Below are positions 9,465-18,549 of a stretch of 64,000 nucleotides of DNA, piece after piece; the first letter of the stretch is position 1; each line of letters starts with the position of its first letter. The DNA lies in the NCBI GenBank assembly GCA_963782055.1, contig CAWAIF010000003.1, positions 1,088,001 to 1,152,000 of the forward strand, given 5' to 3'. The stretch comes from an uncultured delta proteobacterium. Lineage in GTDB: Bacteria > Myxococcota_A > Polyangia > Polyangiales > Polyangiaceae. The position numbers were made by a program, and so were the translations under genes. The notes below the pieces were generated by a model that saw only the letters and a program-made list of their open reading frames with translations, was not told the DNA's origin and did no database searches.

Positions 9465-10832
9465 TCATAGGCGCGTCGGGGTCGGCCGCGGGGTCGTCGT
9501 GGCGGTCGCCTTGTGCGTGGGAGCCGGGGGAGGATGCCGTGGCCGCGAGGTCGTCGTCGGCCGCGGGTGCTTCGCCGACGGTACCGCGACCGCGGTCGCG
9601 GCGGAAGTCGTCCCCGTGGCGCTGGGCGCGGGCGCGCTGGCCGAGGGCGTGGCGGTGACCGTGGGGGGCGGCGGGGACGGCTCGGTGGCCACCACGTGCG
9701 TCGGCTCGGCGGTGGGGGCGGGAGGCGCGCCGCTGGACCGGAGCAGGACGAGCGCCGCCACCCCGATGAGCGCGGCCGCACCGAAGCCCGCGCTCAGGCC
9801 CACCACGAGCGCGCTGCGGCGCTTGGCGGTGCCCGAGCGCGTGGACCACCCGGGCAGGGTATGGGGAGACGAGCTGGCCAGCGGGGCGACCTCCGGCAGG
9901 CTCCCCGAGGCGTCGGGCAGGCTGCGCTGGCTGCGCGGGAGCACGATGTTCGCCTGCGACGGGTCCGGCCCGCGCACGGTGCCCGAGCCGAAGGGCCCGA
10001 TGGCGACCGCGAGGGAGTGCACGTTGGGGAAGCGCGCCGAGGCCACCTTCTCCAGCGCGGTGCGGATCGTCTGCTCGAGCTCGGCCGGCACGTCGGGACG
10101 GAACTGCGAGAGCGGCGGAGGCTCGTCGATGCAGATGGCCGCCGCCGCCGCGGTGGTGCTGCCCTCGAACGGCGTACGCCCGGCGAGCAGCTCGTACAGG
10201 ATGATGCCCAGCGACCAGATGTCGGTGCGCGTGTCCACGTGCTTGGCCGAGCGCACCTGCTCCGGCGACATGTAGAGCGGCGTGCCGACCACCGTCTGCG
10301 TGGCGGTGACGCGCGTGTCCATGTCGTTTTCGACCTTGGAGATGCCGAAATCGAGCACCTTCACCAGCGGACGCTCTCCGCCGCACAGGAAGAGGTTGGA
10401 GGGCTTGAGGTCCCGGTGGACGATGCCCGCCGCGTGCGCCTCCGCCATGGCGTTGCAGGTCTGCAGCACGTAGTCCACGGCCTCGGCCACCGGGAGCTGC
10501 TTGCGTGCCTCGAGCACCTGGGAAAGATCGTTGCCCTCCAGGTACTCCATCACCATGTAGGGCAGGCCGCCCTCCGACACGTCCACGTCCAGCACGCGCG
10601 CAGTGTTCTCGCTGCGGAGCTGCCCCGCGGCGCGCGCCTCCCGCTCGAAGCGGGACACCACGTCGGGCACGTCCAGCACCTCCGGCAGGAGCATCTTGAT
10701 GGCGACGTGCTGCTGGATGCGCACGTGCACCGCCTCGTAGACGACGCCCATGCCGCCCTCGCCGATGCGGCGAACGAGCTTGTACTTCCCCGCCAGGGTC
10801 TCGCCCAGCTCGGGGAGGGTACGGCTAAGCAT
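9465..10832 (-). CDS. Hanks-type serine/threonine protein kinase, membrane-anchored
   Basis: IGEGGMGVVY, VAIK, HRDLKPSN, DFGISK, GTPLYMSPEQ, DIWSLG; TM segment and Pro/Thr-rich tail. Alternative GTG start at 10841. Confidence 0.95.
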   Translation of the reverse strand: MLSRTLPELGETLAGKYKLVRRIGEGGMGVVYEAVHVRIQQHVAIKMLLPEVLDVPDVVSRFEREARAAGQLRSENTARVLDVDVSEGGLPYMVMEYLEGNDLSQVLEARKQLPVAEAVDYVLQTCNAMAEAHAAGIVHRDLKPSNLFLCGGERPLVKVLDFGISKVENDMDTRVTATQTVVGTPLYMSPEQVRSAKHVDTRTDIWSLGIILYELLAGRTPFEGSTTAAAAAICIDEPPPLSQFRPDVPAELEQTIRTALEKVASARFPNVHSLAVAIGPFGSGTVRGPDPSQANIVLPRSQRSLPDASGSLPEVAPLASSSPHTLPGWSTRSGTAKRRSALVVGLSAGFGAAALIGVAALVLLRSSGAPPAPTAEPTHVVATEPSPPPPTVTATPSASAPAPSATGTTSAATAVAVPSAKHPRPTTTSRPRHPPPAPTHKATATTTPRPTPTRL

Positions 10833-10900
10833 CGAAGTCACGACCGGATACGATACCCTGCGGGCGCGAGGCGGCCAATCGAGGGATAGTCTTGGAGGAC

Positions 10901-11395
10901 ATGAAACCCGGAGAGCACCCCGAATTCTTCCGGCTCCCGCCCCCTCCCGGGCGGTCCCGGGAGAGCACCATCGTCCTGGACGCCGAGGGGCGCTTCTCCC
11001 ACGACGGCGAGCGGGTCGCCCACCCCAAGCTTGCCGCGGCGATGCACGGCTGGATCAGCCGCCACCCCGACGACGGGCGCTACATCCTCACCAACGGCTA
11101 CGACTGGACCTACCTCACGGTCGAGGATGCGCCGTACGTGGTGCGGGCGGTGCGGGTGGAGCCGGAGCGCGTGGTGCTGCTGCTCAGCGACGGCACCGAG
11201 GAAGCGTGGGATCCCGCGGGGGCGCGGGTGGGGGCGCACGATGTCCTGTACACGCGGGTCAAGGACGAGGCGCCGCGTGGGCCGTTCGAGGCACGGTTCA
11301 GCCGGCACGCCCAGACGTCGCTCGCGCCGGTGCTGGAGGAGCGGGGCGGGCGGCTGGTGGTCCACCTGGCGGGCCGGGACCACCCCATCGGCTGA
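10901..11395 (+). CDS. DUF1285-like protein
   Basis: IVLDAEGRFSHDGERVAHPKL...DGRYIL...TVEDAPYVV...LYTRVK...ARFSRHA pattern; GGAGG before ATG 10901. Confidence 0.65.
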   Translation: MKPGEHPEFFRLPPPPGRSRESTIVLDAEGRFSHDGERVAHPKLAAAMHGWISRHPDDGRYILTNGYDWTYLTVEDAPYVVRAVRVEPERVVLLLSDGTEEAWDPAGARVGAHDVLYTRVKDEAPRGPFEARFSRHAQTSLAPVLEERGGRLVVHLAGRDHPIG

Positions 11396-11488
11396 CCCCC
11401 GTGCGTCGGAGCGCTAGCCTGCTAGCGGTCGCCGCAATTCGGCAGGATCACGGGAGAAAGGCGGTGGGGGGCTGCGCCGCTTACGGCG

Positions 11489-13915
11489 TCAGTTCACGCA
11501 GGGCGCCTTGACCGGTGCGCTCTGGTCGTTGTCCTCGCGGCACTCGTGGAAGGTGGGGTTCTTCGGGTCGATGAGGATCTTGGCGTAGAGGGTGTCGCTG
11601 CTGGTCGCCGGCGCCGAGAGGTTGACCGTCAGCGTCTGCGTCTGGCCGGGCAGCAGCCCGATGGTGGTGGTGGCGGTGCCAACCTGGACATCCCCCGGCG
11701 TGACGAAGACGCCCACGACGACGCCCGCCGGCAACCCCGACTGCCCGATGTTGCGCACCGACACGTGGGCGATGACAGGCGTCACGCACTCCGCGGTCAT
11801 GGAGACGACGGCGTCGGGCGCGTTGAAGATCCCCTTGTCCTGCACGTTCTGGCGGAAGTCGTTCAGCCACGGCAGCGTCCAGTTGGACGTCTCGTTCTTG
11901 GGGATGGAGCCGTAGACGTTCGGCCCGCTGCAGGCGTTGTCGGTGTCGTCGCAGATGTTGCTCACGTGGTAGGTGTGCTCGTTCCAGAGCGTGCGCGTGC
12001 CCACCCACGAGTCGGCGGTGTCGCCGATGGCGACCAGCCCGCGGTACGAGGAGTTGGACTCGGGCCCGGGGGTCCAGTACTGGCCGTTCATCGCCGTCTT
12101 GCCCTTCTCGTAACCGATGCAGTTCCAGTTGTTCATGTCGACGCCCTGCGAGGGGATGAGCATCTCCGCGTGGCCGTCGCCGTCGATGTCGGCGACGAGG
12201 GAGGCCTCGGTCGCCGTGAAGGAGGAGTGCGAGACCGCGAGCCGCTCGTTGCCCGTCTCGCCGTCGAAGACCCAGAGCCAGCACTCGTCGGCGTAGACCA
12301 CCTCCGCCTTGCCGTCGCCCTCGAAGTCGAAGACGGTGGAGCCGGTCACCGAGGACGAGAAGTCGTGGTTCTGCGCCTTCCACAGCAGCTTGAGGACCTT
12401 GTTCTTGAGGTCCGGTTTGAGCACCGAGTAGTAGTTCGCCTGCGCGACGCCAATCTCCGGGAAGCCGTCGCCGTCGAAGTCGGCGATGGTGGGCGGGCCC
12501 CCGCCGCCCGTGCCGGGGAGGGCGAAGGGTCCGTAGACGATGGCGCCGGTCGCGCCGTCGAGCACCCACACCTTGCCGCTGCCGACCACCACGGCCTCCG
12601 GCTTGCCGTCCTTGTCGAAGTCGCCGACGCCCGGGAAGCCGTTGGTCACGCTGGTGTTCTGCCAGAGGGTCGTGCCGTCGGCCTTGTAGGCGGTGTTGCC
12701 GGCGAGTAGCTCCAGGTTGCCGTCGTTGGCGAGGTCGAGGTCGGAGATCGCGCTGAGCGCCTGGTTGGTCGCGCCGCCCGTTCCCTTCCCGCCGACCCAG
12801 GCGCGCGTGAGCGTGCCGCCCTTCATCGTCCAGACGGTGTCGCCGTAGGCGATCTCCGGCCAGCCGTCGTGGTCCATGTCGGCGATGGCGAGGCCTCCGC
12901 CCCAGCCGATGCCCGAGTTGATGGTGCCGTACGGCTTGTCGCTCGTGTACTTGACGTTCCCGTCGCGGTCGACGACGACGAGGTAGCCCTCGCCGGTCAT
13001 GGCGACCACGTCCATGAAGCCGTCCTGGTCGACGTCGCCCGTCGCGACCGAGATGCCTCCCATGAAGCCGACCGAGGTGTTGCTCGCCTTCCGGAGCGAC
13101 CACACGTCCTGCCCGGTGCGGCCGTCGACCATCCGCAGCACACCATCGTGGCAGGTGTTCGGGTAGCTGGGGCTGGTCGTGCTGCTGCAGTAGGTGGCCC
13201 CGGTGTCGCCGGAGACGAAGACGATGACCGGCGAGTCGAGGGAGTCGATCTTGCCGTCGCAGTTGGTGTCATGGACCCGGCCGACCGTGGGCGTCGCCCA
13301 GACGTCGATGAAGTTCTTGTACTGGGTCTCGTTCGGTCCCCAGACCCACTTCGTCTTCGCCGTCAGCGGGGCGCCGGCGTCGGGGTGGTACTCGCACTGC
13401 GCGACGCACGTGCCGCCGTCCGGCGCGCCGCCGTCGGGATCGCACGTGGGAGGCAGCGGGAGGCAGCGCCCCTCCACGGGCAGCGGCTCGCTGCAGCCGG
13501 CCTCCAGGGTGCCGCCGTCGCCGGTGCCGGCGTCCTTGTCGCCCAGGCTGGGCTCGCAGTACTGGCCGGGATCGCAGTCGTTGCCGCTGTGGCATGGCTT
13601 GCCGGGCGTGAGGCACTGATCGAAGAGGCACACGCTGCCGCCGCCGCAGCAGGCGCCGCCGCAGACGTTCTCCGCCTTGTCGCAGCAGACGCCGGAGCCC
13701 TGGATGCAGATGCCGCCGTCGCAGTCGGCCGACGAGCTGCAGCGCGAGCCGCCGTCGTCGAAGCTGGGCGCGTCGATGCCCGAGCCGTCGTCGCCGCCGA
13801 TGCCCGCGTCGCCGTTATCACCGCCGCCATCCGAGCCACACCCCACGTACGCCGCCGCGAAGAGCGCCGTCGCGGCCAGGGGAATGGACCACCTCACGAG
13901 CCGACCTACGTCCAT
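11489..13915 (-). CDS. FG-GAP/VCBS repeat (Ca-binding beta-propeller) lipoprotein with Cys-rich N-terminus and CARDB-like C-terminus
   Basis: Lipobox AAYVGC; multiple DxDxDGxxE/D motifs (DVDQDGFMD, DMDHDGWPE, DFDKDGKPE, DFDGDGFPE, DFEGDGKAE, DIDGDGHAE); C-terminal ECREDND. Confidence 0.85.
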   Translation of the reverse strand: MDVGRLVRWSIPLAATALFAAAYVGCGSDGGGDNGDAGIGGDDGSGIDAPSFDDGGSRCSSSADCDGGICIQGSGVCCDKAENVCGGACCGGGSVCLFDQCLTPGKPCHSGNDCDPGQYCEPSLGDKDAGTGDGGTLEAGCSEPLPVEGRCLPLPPTCDPDGGAPDGGTCVAQCEYHPDAGAPLTAKTKWVWGPNETQYKNFIDVWATPTVGRVHDTNCDGKIDSLDSPVIVFVSGDTGATYCSSTTSPSYPNTCHDGVLRMVDGRTGQDVWSLRKASNTSVGFMGGISVATGDVDQDGFMDVVAMTGEGYLVVVDRDGNVKYTSDKPYGTINSGIGWGGGLAIADMDHDGWPEIAYGDTVWTMKGGTLTRAWVGGKGTGGATNQALSAISDLDLANDGNLELLAGNTAYKADGTTLWQNTSVTNGFPGVGDFDKDGKPEAVVVGSGKVWVLDGATGAIVYGPFALPGTGGGGPPTIADFDGDGFPEIGVAQANYYSVLKPDLKNKVLKLLWKAQNHDFSSSVTGSTVFDFEGDGKAEVVYADECWLWVFDGETGNERLAVSHSSFTATEASLVADIDGDGHAEMLIPSQGVDMNNWNCIGYEKGKTAMNGQYWTPGPESNSSYRGLVAIGDTADSWVGTRTLWNEHTYHVSNICDDTDNACSGPNVYGSIPKNETSNWTLPWLNDFRQNVQDKGIFNAPDAVVSMTAECVTPVIAHVSVRNIGQSGLPAGVVVGVFVTPGDVQVGTATTTIGLLPGQTQTLTVNLSAPATSSDTLYAKILIDPKNPTFHECREDNDQSAPVKAPCVN

Positions 13916-14104
13916 AGAAGCACTACATCCGCTCCAGCCGGAATAATCAAGCCAGGTTGTCGCTCCCCCCGCGTCCCATTCGGGTCCCCACCCCACCCCC
14001 GGACGCGCCCTGCCGCTCCACCGCTAGCATGCTTGCCATGCGACGGGCGACCGACGGGTCGGGATCCGGCAGGCAGCGCGCTGCGGCGCACGGACAGCGC
14101 GAGG

Positions 14105-14701
14105 TCACTTCCTCACGTACAACTCGACGAAGGTGTCGTTGCCGGAGTGGGAGATGAGCTCCAGCACGCCGCCGCTGCTCATATACTGGGCGGAGGAGTC
14201 GGTGCTGGTGCCGCACACCGGGCTGAAGTGGAGCGTGGTGGAGTCCTTCGTCACGGCCACGGTCAGCCGTTGTACCGGCGGCTGACCCTGCTCGGAGGCG
14301 ATCTGCCAGGTCGAGCCGGAGGCCTGGATGGTGACGGTGAGGTGGCCCAGGGTGGACGAGCTTCCGTTGGGTCCCGTGTAGTCCACGAACTTCTGCAGGA
14401 CGTAGGTGCCGTCCGGGATGGGACCTCCCAGCAGGAAGCTCGGCGGGTTCTGCGGCACCCCGACCAGAGGTACCAGTGGCCCGGACAACGCGATGCCGTT
14501 GCACTGGCCGGGCGGCGGGGGAGGAGGCTCCGCGTCCGCCGGCGGCTGCGCGTCGGGGAGGGGCGGGGGCGGAGGATTGAGGGCGTCGGCCATCGCGTCG
14601 GTGACGCCGGCGTCCTCGGAGGGGCCGGCGTCGGTGAGGCCGGCGATCTTCCCGCCGCAGGCGGACAGCGTGATCAAGGCAAGACAAGCGAATCGATTCA
14701 T
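14105..14701 (-). CDS. hypothetical lipoprotein
   Basis: MNRFACLALITLSAC lipobox; Asp/Pro-rich linker. Confidence 0.75.
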   Translation of the reverse strand: MNRFACLALITLSACGGKIAGLTDAGPSEDAGVTDAMADALNPPPPPLPDAQPPADAEPPPPPPGQCNGIALSGPLVPLVGVPQNPPSFLLGGPIPDGTYVLQKFVDYTGPNGSSSTLGHLTVTIQASGSTWQIASEQGQPPVQRLTVAVTKDSTTLHFSPVCGTSTDSSAQYMSSGGVLELISHSGNDTFVELYVRK

Positions 14702-14757
14702 GGCGGGAGCGTGTCGCGAGTCGGCGCGACGTGCAAGCGTCGCGCGCGGGCCAGGGG

Positions 14758-14787
14758 TTGACGGTCCGCGGAGCCGGGGCCTAAGAA
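14758..14787 (+). promoter_or_regulatory. putative sigma70-type promoter of menG-ubiX
   Basis: TTGACG-N18-TAAGAA, 12 nt upstream of ATG 14800; the same architecture occurs at 16736-16765. Confidence 0.5.
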
Positions 14788-14799
14788 CGAGGGACTTTC

Positions 14800-15558
14800 A
14801 TGACCACCCCGCCCATCGCCGAGCTCGACCGGCGGCCGATGCACGAGCGCGAGCACGGGCAGGCGGTGCGCTCCATGTTCGATCGCATCGCGCCCACCTA
14901 CGACGCGCTCAACCGGCTGATGAGCGCGGGGGTGGACCGGCGGTGGCGCAAGCAGGCGGTGGCCCTGCTGCGGCGCGCGCCGGCCGGGCCGGTGCTCGAT
15001 CTCTGCGCGGGGACCATGGACCTGACGGCCCTCGTCGCCCGCGCGCGCCCGAACGACCGCGTCATCGCGACCGACTTCGCCGCGGAGATGCTCGAGCGCG
15101 GGCGGCACAAGGCGCCGCGCGCCGAGCGCGTGGTGGCCGACGCGCTGGATCTGCCCTTCGAGTCGGCCTCTGTCGCGGCGGTCGTATGCGGCTTCGGCGT
15201 GCGCAACCTCGCCGACCCGGCGCTCGGCGCGCGGGAGGTGCGGCGCGTGCTGCGGCCGGGCGGGGTCTTCGTCGTGCTGGAGTTCTTCCGCCCGGAGCGC
15301 GCCGTCACCCGCGCGTTCCACGCGATCTACGCCGAGCGCGTGCTCCCCGCGGTGGGCGGTCTCTTCTCCGGCGACCGCGCGGCGTACCGCTACCTCGCCG
15401 ACAGCATGGGCGCCTTCCTCTCCCGCGCCGAGTACGAGGCGGTGCTGCGCGACGCGGGGTTCGTCAACGTGCGCGGGCAGGACCTGACGCTGGGCGTGGC
15501 GGGTCTGGTGCGCGCGGAAGCGCCATCCAGCGTCGAGCACCACCCCGAGGCACGGTGA
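14800..15558 (+). CDS. menG: demethylmenaquinone methyltransferase (UbiE/MenG)
   Basis: VRSMFDRIAPTYDALNRLMSAGVDRRWRK, VLDLCAGTMDL, DALDLPF, GFGVRN, RVLRPGG, YRYLADS. Confidence 0.93.
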   Translation: MTTPPIAELDRRPMHEREHGQAVRSMFDRIAPTYDALNRLMSAGVDRRWRKQAVALLRRAPAGPVLDLCAGTMDLTALVARARPNDRVIATDFAAEMLERGRHKAPRAERVVADALDLPFESASVAAVVCGFGVRNLADPALGAREVRRVLRPGGVFVVLEFFRPERAVTRAFHAIYAERVLPAVGGLFSGDRAAYRYLADSMGAFLSRAEYEAVLRDAGFVNVRGQDLTLGVAGLVRAEAPSSVEHHPEAR

Positions 15559-16139
15559 GCACGGGCCGGCCCCGCAAGATCGCCGTGGGTGTGACGGGCG
15601 CGAGCGGCGCGCCGTACGCGAAGCGGCTGCTCGAGGTGCTGGCCGCCCGGCGTCGCGCGGGGGACGTCGAGGTCGGCGTGTGCCTCTCGTCCACCGCGCC
15701 GGAGGTGTGGGCGCTGGAGTGTGGCGGCGATCTGCGCGAGGCGCTCGCGACGCTGGACCTGCCGCTCTGGGGGCTGCGCGACTACAAGGCGCCCTTCGCG
15801 AGCGGCAGCGCCGGCTGGGACGCGATGGCGATCGTCCCGTGCTCCATGGGCACCGTCGGGCGCGTGGCGCACGGCATCTCCGACACGCTGCTCACCCGCG
15901 CGGCCGACGTCATGCTCAAGGAGCGTCGCGCGCTGATCGTGGTCCCCCGGGAGATGCCCCTCTCGGTCATCCACCTGGAGAACCTGACGGTGCTCGCGCG
16001 CGCGGGGGCGGTCGTGCTGCCCGCGAGCCCGACCTTCTACGGGAAGACGGAGACCCTCGCCGACGCGATCGACACCGTCGTGGGGCGCGTGCTCGATCAG
16101 CTCGGGGTGGAGCACGACCTCCTGAAGCGCTGGGGTTAG
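15555..16139 (+). CDS. ubiX: flavin prenyltransferase UbiX (MqnM in the futalosine pathway)
   Basis: IAVGVTGASGAPY, APFASGS, IVPCSMGT, RAADVMLKERR, PREMPL..IHLENL, PASPTFY; GTGA overlap with menG. Confidence 0.93.
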   Translation: MSTGRPRKIAVGVTGASGAPYAKRLLEVLAARRRAGDVEVGVCLSSTAPEVWALECGGDLREALATLDLPLWGLRDYKAPFASGSAGWDAMAIVPCSMGTVGRVAHGISDTLLTRAADVMLKERRALIVVPREMPLSVIHLENLTVLARAGAVVLPASPTFYGKTETLADAIDTVVGRVLDQLGVEHDLLKRWG

Positions 16140-16151
16140 CCCGGGCCGCGC

Positions 16152-16631
16152 TCAGGGGCGTGGCGTCCAGGTGCCGGCCCAGTCAGAGCAGGTGCCCGTC
16201 GCGATGATCTTCAGCGCGCCCTTGGCGTCCTTCTCGATGGACCCCTCGCAGTGGCCCTTCGTCTGGAAGGTGCAGGTGGTCTTCGACGAGCAGTCGACGC
16301 TGTCGAAGAGGTCGGAGGTGTTGGCGCCGCCGCCGGCGGTGATGGGGCCGACCTTGATCTGCGGCGCGTGCATCATGTCCCCCGACTTCATCGAGATGCC
16401 GGTCGAGGTCACGGTGAGCACGTCGGGGCCGCCGAGGGACGTGGACATGTCCATGTCGGGGAGCTGGAGGTCCTGCGGCATGCCGGGCATCGCGGGGAGG
16501 GTGCCGCCCTGCATCGTGGTCTTCGCCGCCGCGCCCGCCGCGGTGTAGGTGCCCGTGAGATCGGCCGGGAGCGCGTGCGCGTGGTGACAGCCCGCCGCCA
16601 GCAGGGCTACGAGGCCGAGCCGCTTGACCAT
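16152..16631 (-). CDS. hypothetical lipoprotein
   Basis: MVKRLGLVALLAAGC lipobox; four additional Cys. Confidence 0.7.
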   Translation of the reverse strand: MVKRLGLVALLAAGCHHAHALPADLTGTYTAAGAAAKTTMQGGTLPAMPGMPQDLQLPDMDMSTSLGGPDVLTVTSTGISMKSGDMMHAPQIKVGPITAGGGANTSDLFDSVDCSSKTTCTFQTKGHCEGSIEKDAKGALKIIATGTCSDWAGTWTPRP

Positions 16632-16735
16632 GGGCAGGGACTATGGAGGTCGGTGGGGGAGGCGTCAACGCGCCCCGGACCGCCCCCGACCGTCGGACTG
16701 CAAGGGTCGTGGCGGTCGGACGCCGGGCGCCTCCC

Positions 16736-16791
16736 TTGACTCCCCGCCGCGCCCGGTCCTAAGAATCGTTCGTTTCAAATATTTTTGAAAC
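16736..16791 (+). promoter_or_regulatory. putative promoter plus operator-like inverted repeat upstream of the mqnE operon
   Basis: TTGACT-N18-TAAGAA (16736-16765), followed by the AT-rich palindrome GTTTCAAA-tatt-TTTGAAAC (16772-16791). Confidence 0.6.
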
Positions 16792-16816
16792 ATTCGAGGA
16801 AAGGCTGAAAAGGCGA

Positions 16817-17401
16817 GTGACCCCCATCGTTTTGCAGGCGATCGAGGCCGCGGGTCTCGGCGACGTGCTGGTCGCGCGGCGCGCGGGGGACCTCCCGGCC
16901 GTGCGCGCCTCGGAGGCACGCCTGGTCGTCGCCGACCTGCTCGCGGTGGGCGCGCTGGCCGACGCGGTGCGCGCGGAGGAGGTGGGCGACGTGGTGCGCG
17001 TCCACACCGGCGCGCAGAGACCACGTCTCGACCCGGGCGTGCTGCTCGGCGCCGACGCCGGCGGGCTGGACCTGCTGCGGCGCGTGGCGATCGCGCGCCT
17101 CACCGCGCCGCGCGGGGCCGTGGTGGCCGTGGACTGGGCCGCGGCGGGCTTCGAGATCGCGCAGGTGGCGCTCGGCTTCGGCGCGGACGCGCTGGTCGGG
17201 CCGGTGCAGAGCCGGCGCGGCCTGCCCATCGCCGAGGACGCGGCGAAGAAGGTGAAGGGACAGGGCATGGTGGCGGTCGCGACGCTCAAGAAGCAGGAGA
17301 TCGCCGGCATCATCCGGCGCACCGGGCGCAGGCCGCTCTTCGACGACGAGGCGGAGTCCCCGCTCGAGCGGGCCGGCGTGGTCCAGGAGGAGGCGCGATG
17401 A
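16817..17401 (+). CDS. MqnE/MqnC(CofH)-like protein lacking the radical-SAM core
   Basis: ADLLAVGALADAVR..GD and W...GFEIAQVALGFGAD..G...IIRRTGRRP align with the N- and C-termini of the adjacent MqnE; the protein has no Cys. Confidence 0.75.
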   Translation: MTPIVLQAIEAAGLGDVLVARRAGDLPAVRASEARLVVADLLAVGALADAVRAEEVGDVVRVHTGAQRPRLDPGVLLGADAGGLDLLRRVAIARLTAPRGAVVAVDWAAAGFEIAQVALGFGADALVGPVQSRRGLPIAEDAAKKVKGQGMVAVATLKKQEIAGIIRRTGRRPLFDDEAESPLERAGVVQEEAR

Positions 17402-18549
17402 GCCTGGAAGCGATCGCGAGGAAGGTGCGCGCCGGCGAGCGGCTGGACTTCGAGGACGGCGTGGCCCTCTTCCACGAGCCGGACCTGCTCGCCGTCGGCC
17501 AGCTCGCCAACGAGGTGCGCGAGCGCCTTCACGGGGACCGCACCTACTTCAACCGCAACATGCGGGTGGAGGTGACCAACGTCTGCGTCGCCTCCTGCCT
17601 CTTCTGCTCCTTCGCCAAGCTGGAGGAGGGATCCCCCGGCGCGCACACGATGAAGCTGGAGGACGCGTGGAAGGAGCTCGAGGCGCGGATGGATGACCCG
17701 CCGGGCGAGATCCACATCGTCAACGGGCTGCACCCCGGGCTGCCCTTCTCCTACTACGAGGAGCTGCTCCGCGGCTTCAAGCGCATCAAGCCGGACATCC
17801 ACATGAAGTGCTTCACCGCGGTGGAGATCCACTTCTTCGCGCAGCACTACAAGATGACCCACCGGGAGGTGCTGGAGAAGCTGCGGGCCGCGGGCCTGGA
17901 CAGCATGCCCGGCGGCGGCGCGGAGATCTTCCACCCGGACGTGCGCAAGCGGATCTCCGACGACAAGGCGACGGCGGACGAGTACCTGGAGGTGCACCGC
18001 GTCGCGCACTCGCTCGGCATGCGCACCAACGTGACGATGCTCTTCGGCCACATCGAGACCTTCGAGCACCGCGTCGACCACCTGCTGCGCACGCGCGCGC
18101 TGCAGGACGAGACGCGCGGGTTTCAGGTGTTCATCCCGCTCGCCTTCCACCCGGACGGCAACGGGATGAAGAACCTCCCGGCGCCGACGGCGGTGGACGA
18201 CCTGCGCACCCTCGCGGTGTCGCGCCTGATGCTCGACAACATCCCGCACATCAAGGCGTACTGGGTGTCGAGCGGGCCGGACGTCGCGCAGATCGCCCTG
18301 CGCTTCGGCGCGGACGACATCGACGGCACCATCGTGCACGAGACGATCTACCACGCGGCGGGATCGCGCGTGCCGCAGGGGCTCCGCTACGACGACCTGG
18401 TGCGCCTGATCCGCGAGGCGGGGCGCACGCCCATCGAGCGCGACACCCTCTACAACGTGGTGCGGGAGCACCCGCGCGCGGCCACGCCGGAGGCGGCGGT
18501 GAAGGTGCGCGAGCGCAAGGCGGGCAAGCACCTGGAGGTGCTCTCGTGA
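17398..18549 (+). CDS. mqnE: aminofutalosine synthase (radical SAM)
   Basis: TNVCVASCLFCSF (CxxxCxxC), EIHIVNGLHP.LP..YY, KCFTAVEI, SMPGGGAEIF, TMLFGHIET, FIPLAFHP, HIKAYW, FGADDIDGT. Confidence 0.93.
   Translation: MSLEAIARKVRAGERLDFEDGVALFHEPDLLAVGQLANEVRERLHGDRTYFNRNMRVEVTNVCVASCLFCSFAKLEEGSPGAHTMKLEDAWKELEARMDDPPGEIHIVNGLHPGLPFSYYEELLRGFKRIKPDIHMKCFTAVEIHFFAQHYKMTHREVLEKLRAAGLDSMPGGGAEIFHPDVRKRISDDKATADEYLEVHRVAHSLGMRTNVTMLFGHIETFEHRVDHLLRTRALQDETRGFQVFIPLAFHPDGNGMKNLPAPTAVDDLRTLAVSRLMLDNIPHIKAYWVSSGPDVAQIALRFGADDIDGTIVHETIYHAAGSRVPQGLRYDDLVRLIREAGRTPIERDTLYNVVREHPRAATPEAAVKVRERKAGKHLEVLS

Noticed and set aside
17808..18545. Apparent N-terminal extension of the MqnA-MqnC ORF
   Set aside because: It overlaps mqnE out of frame; the GTG at 18546 overlapping the mqnE stop is the plausible start.
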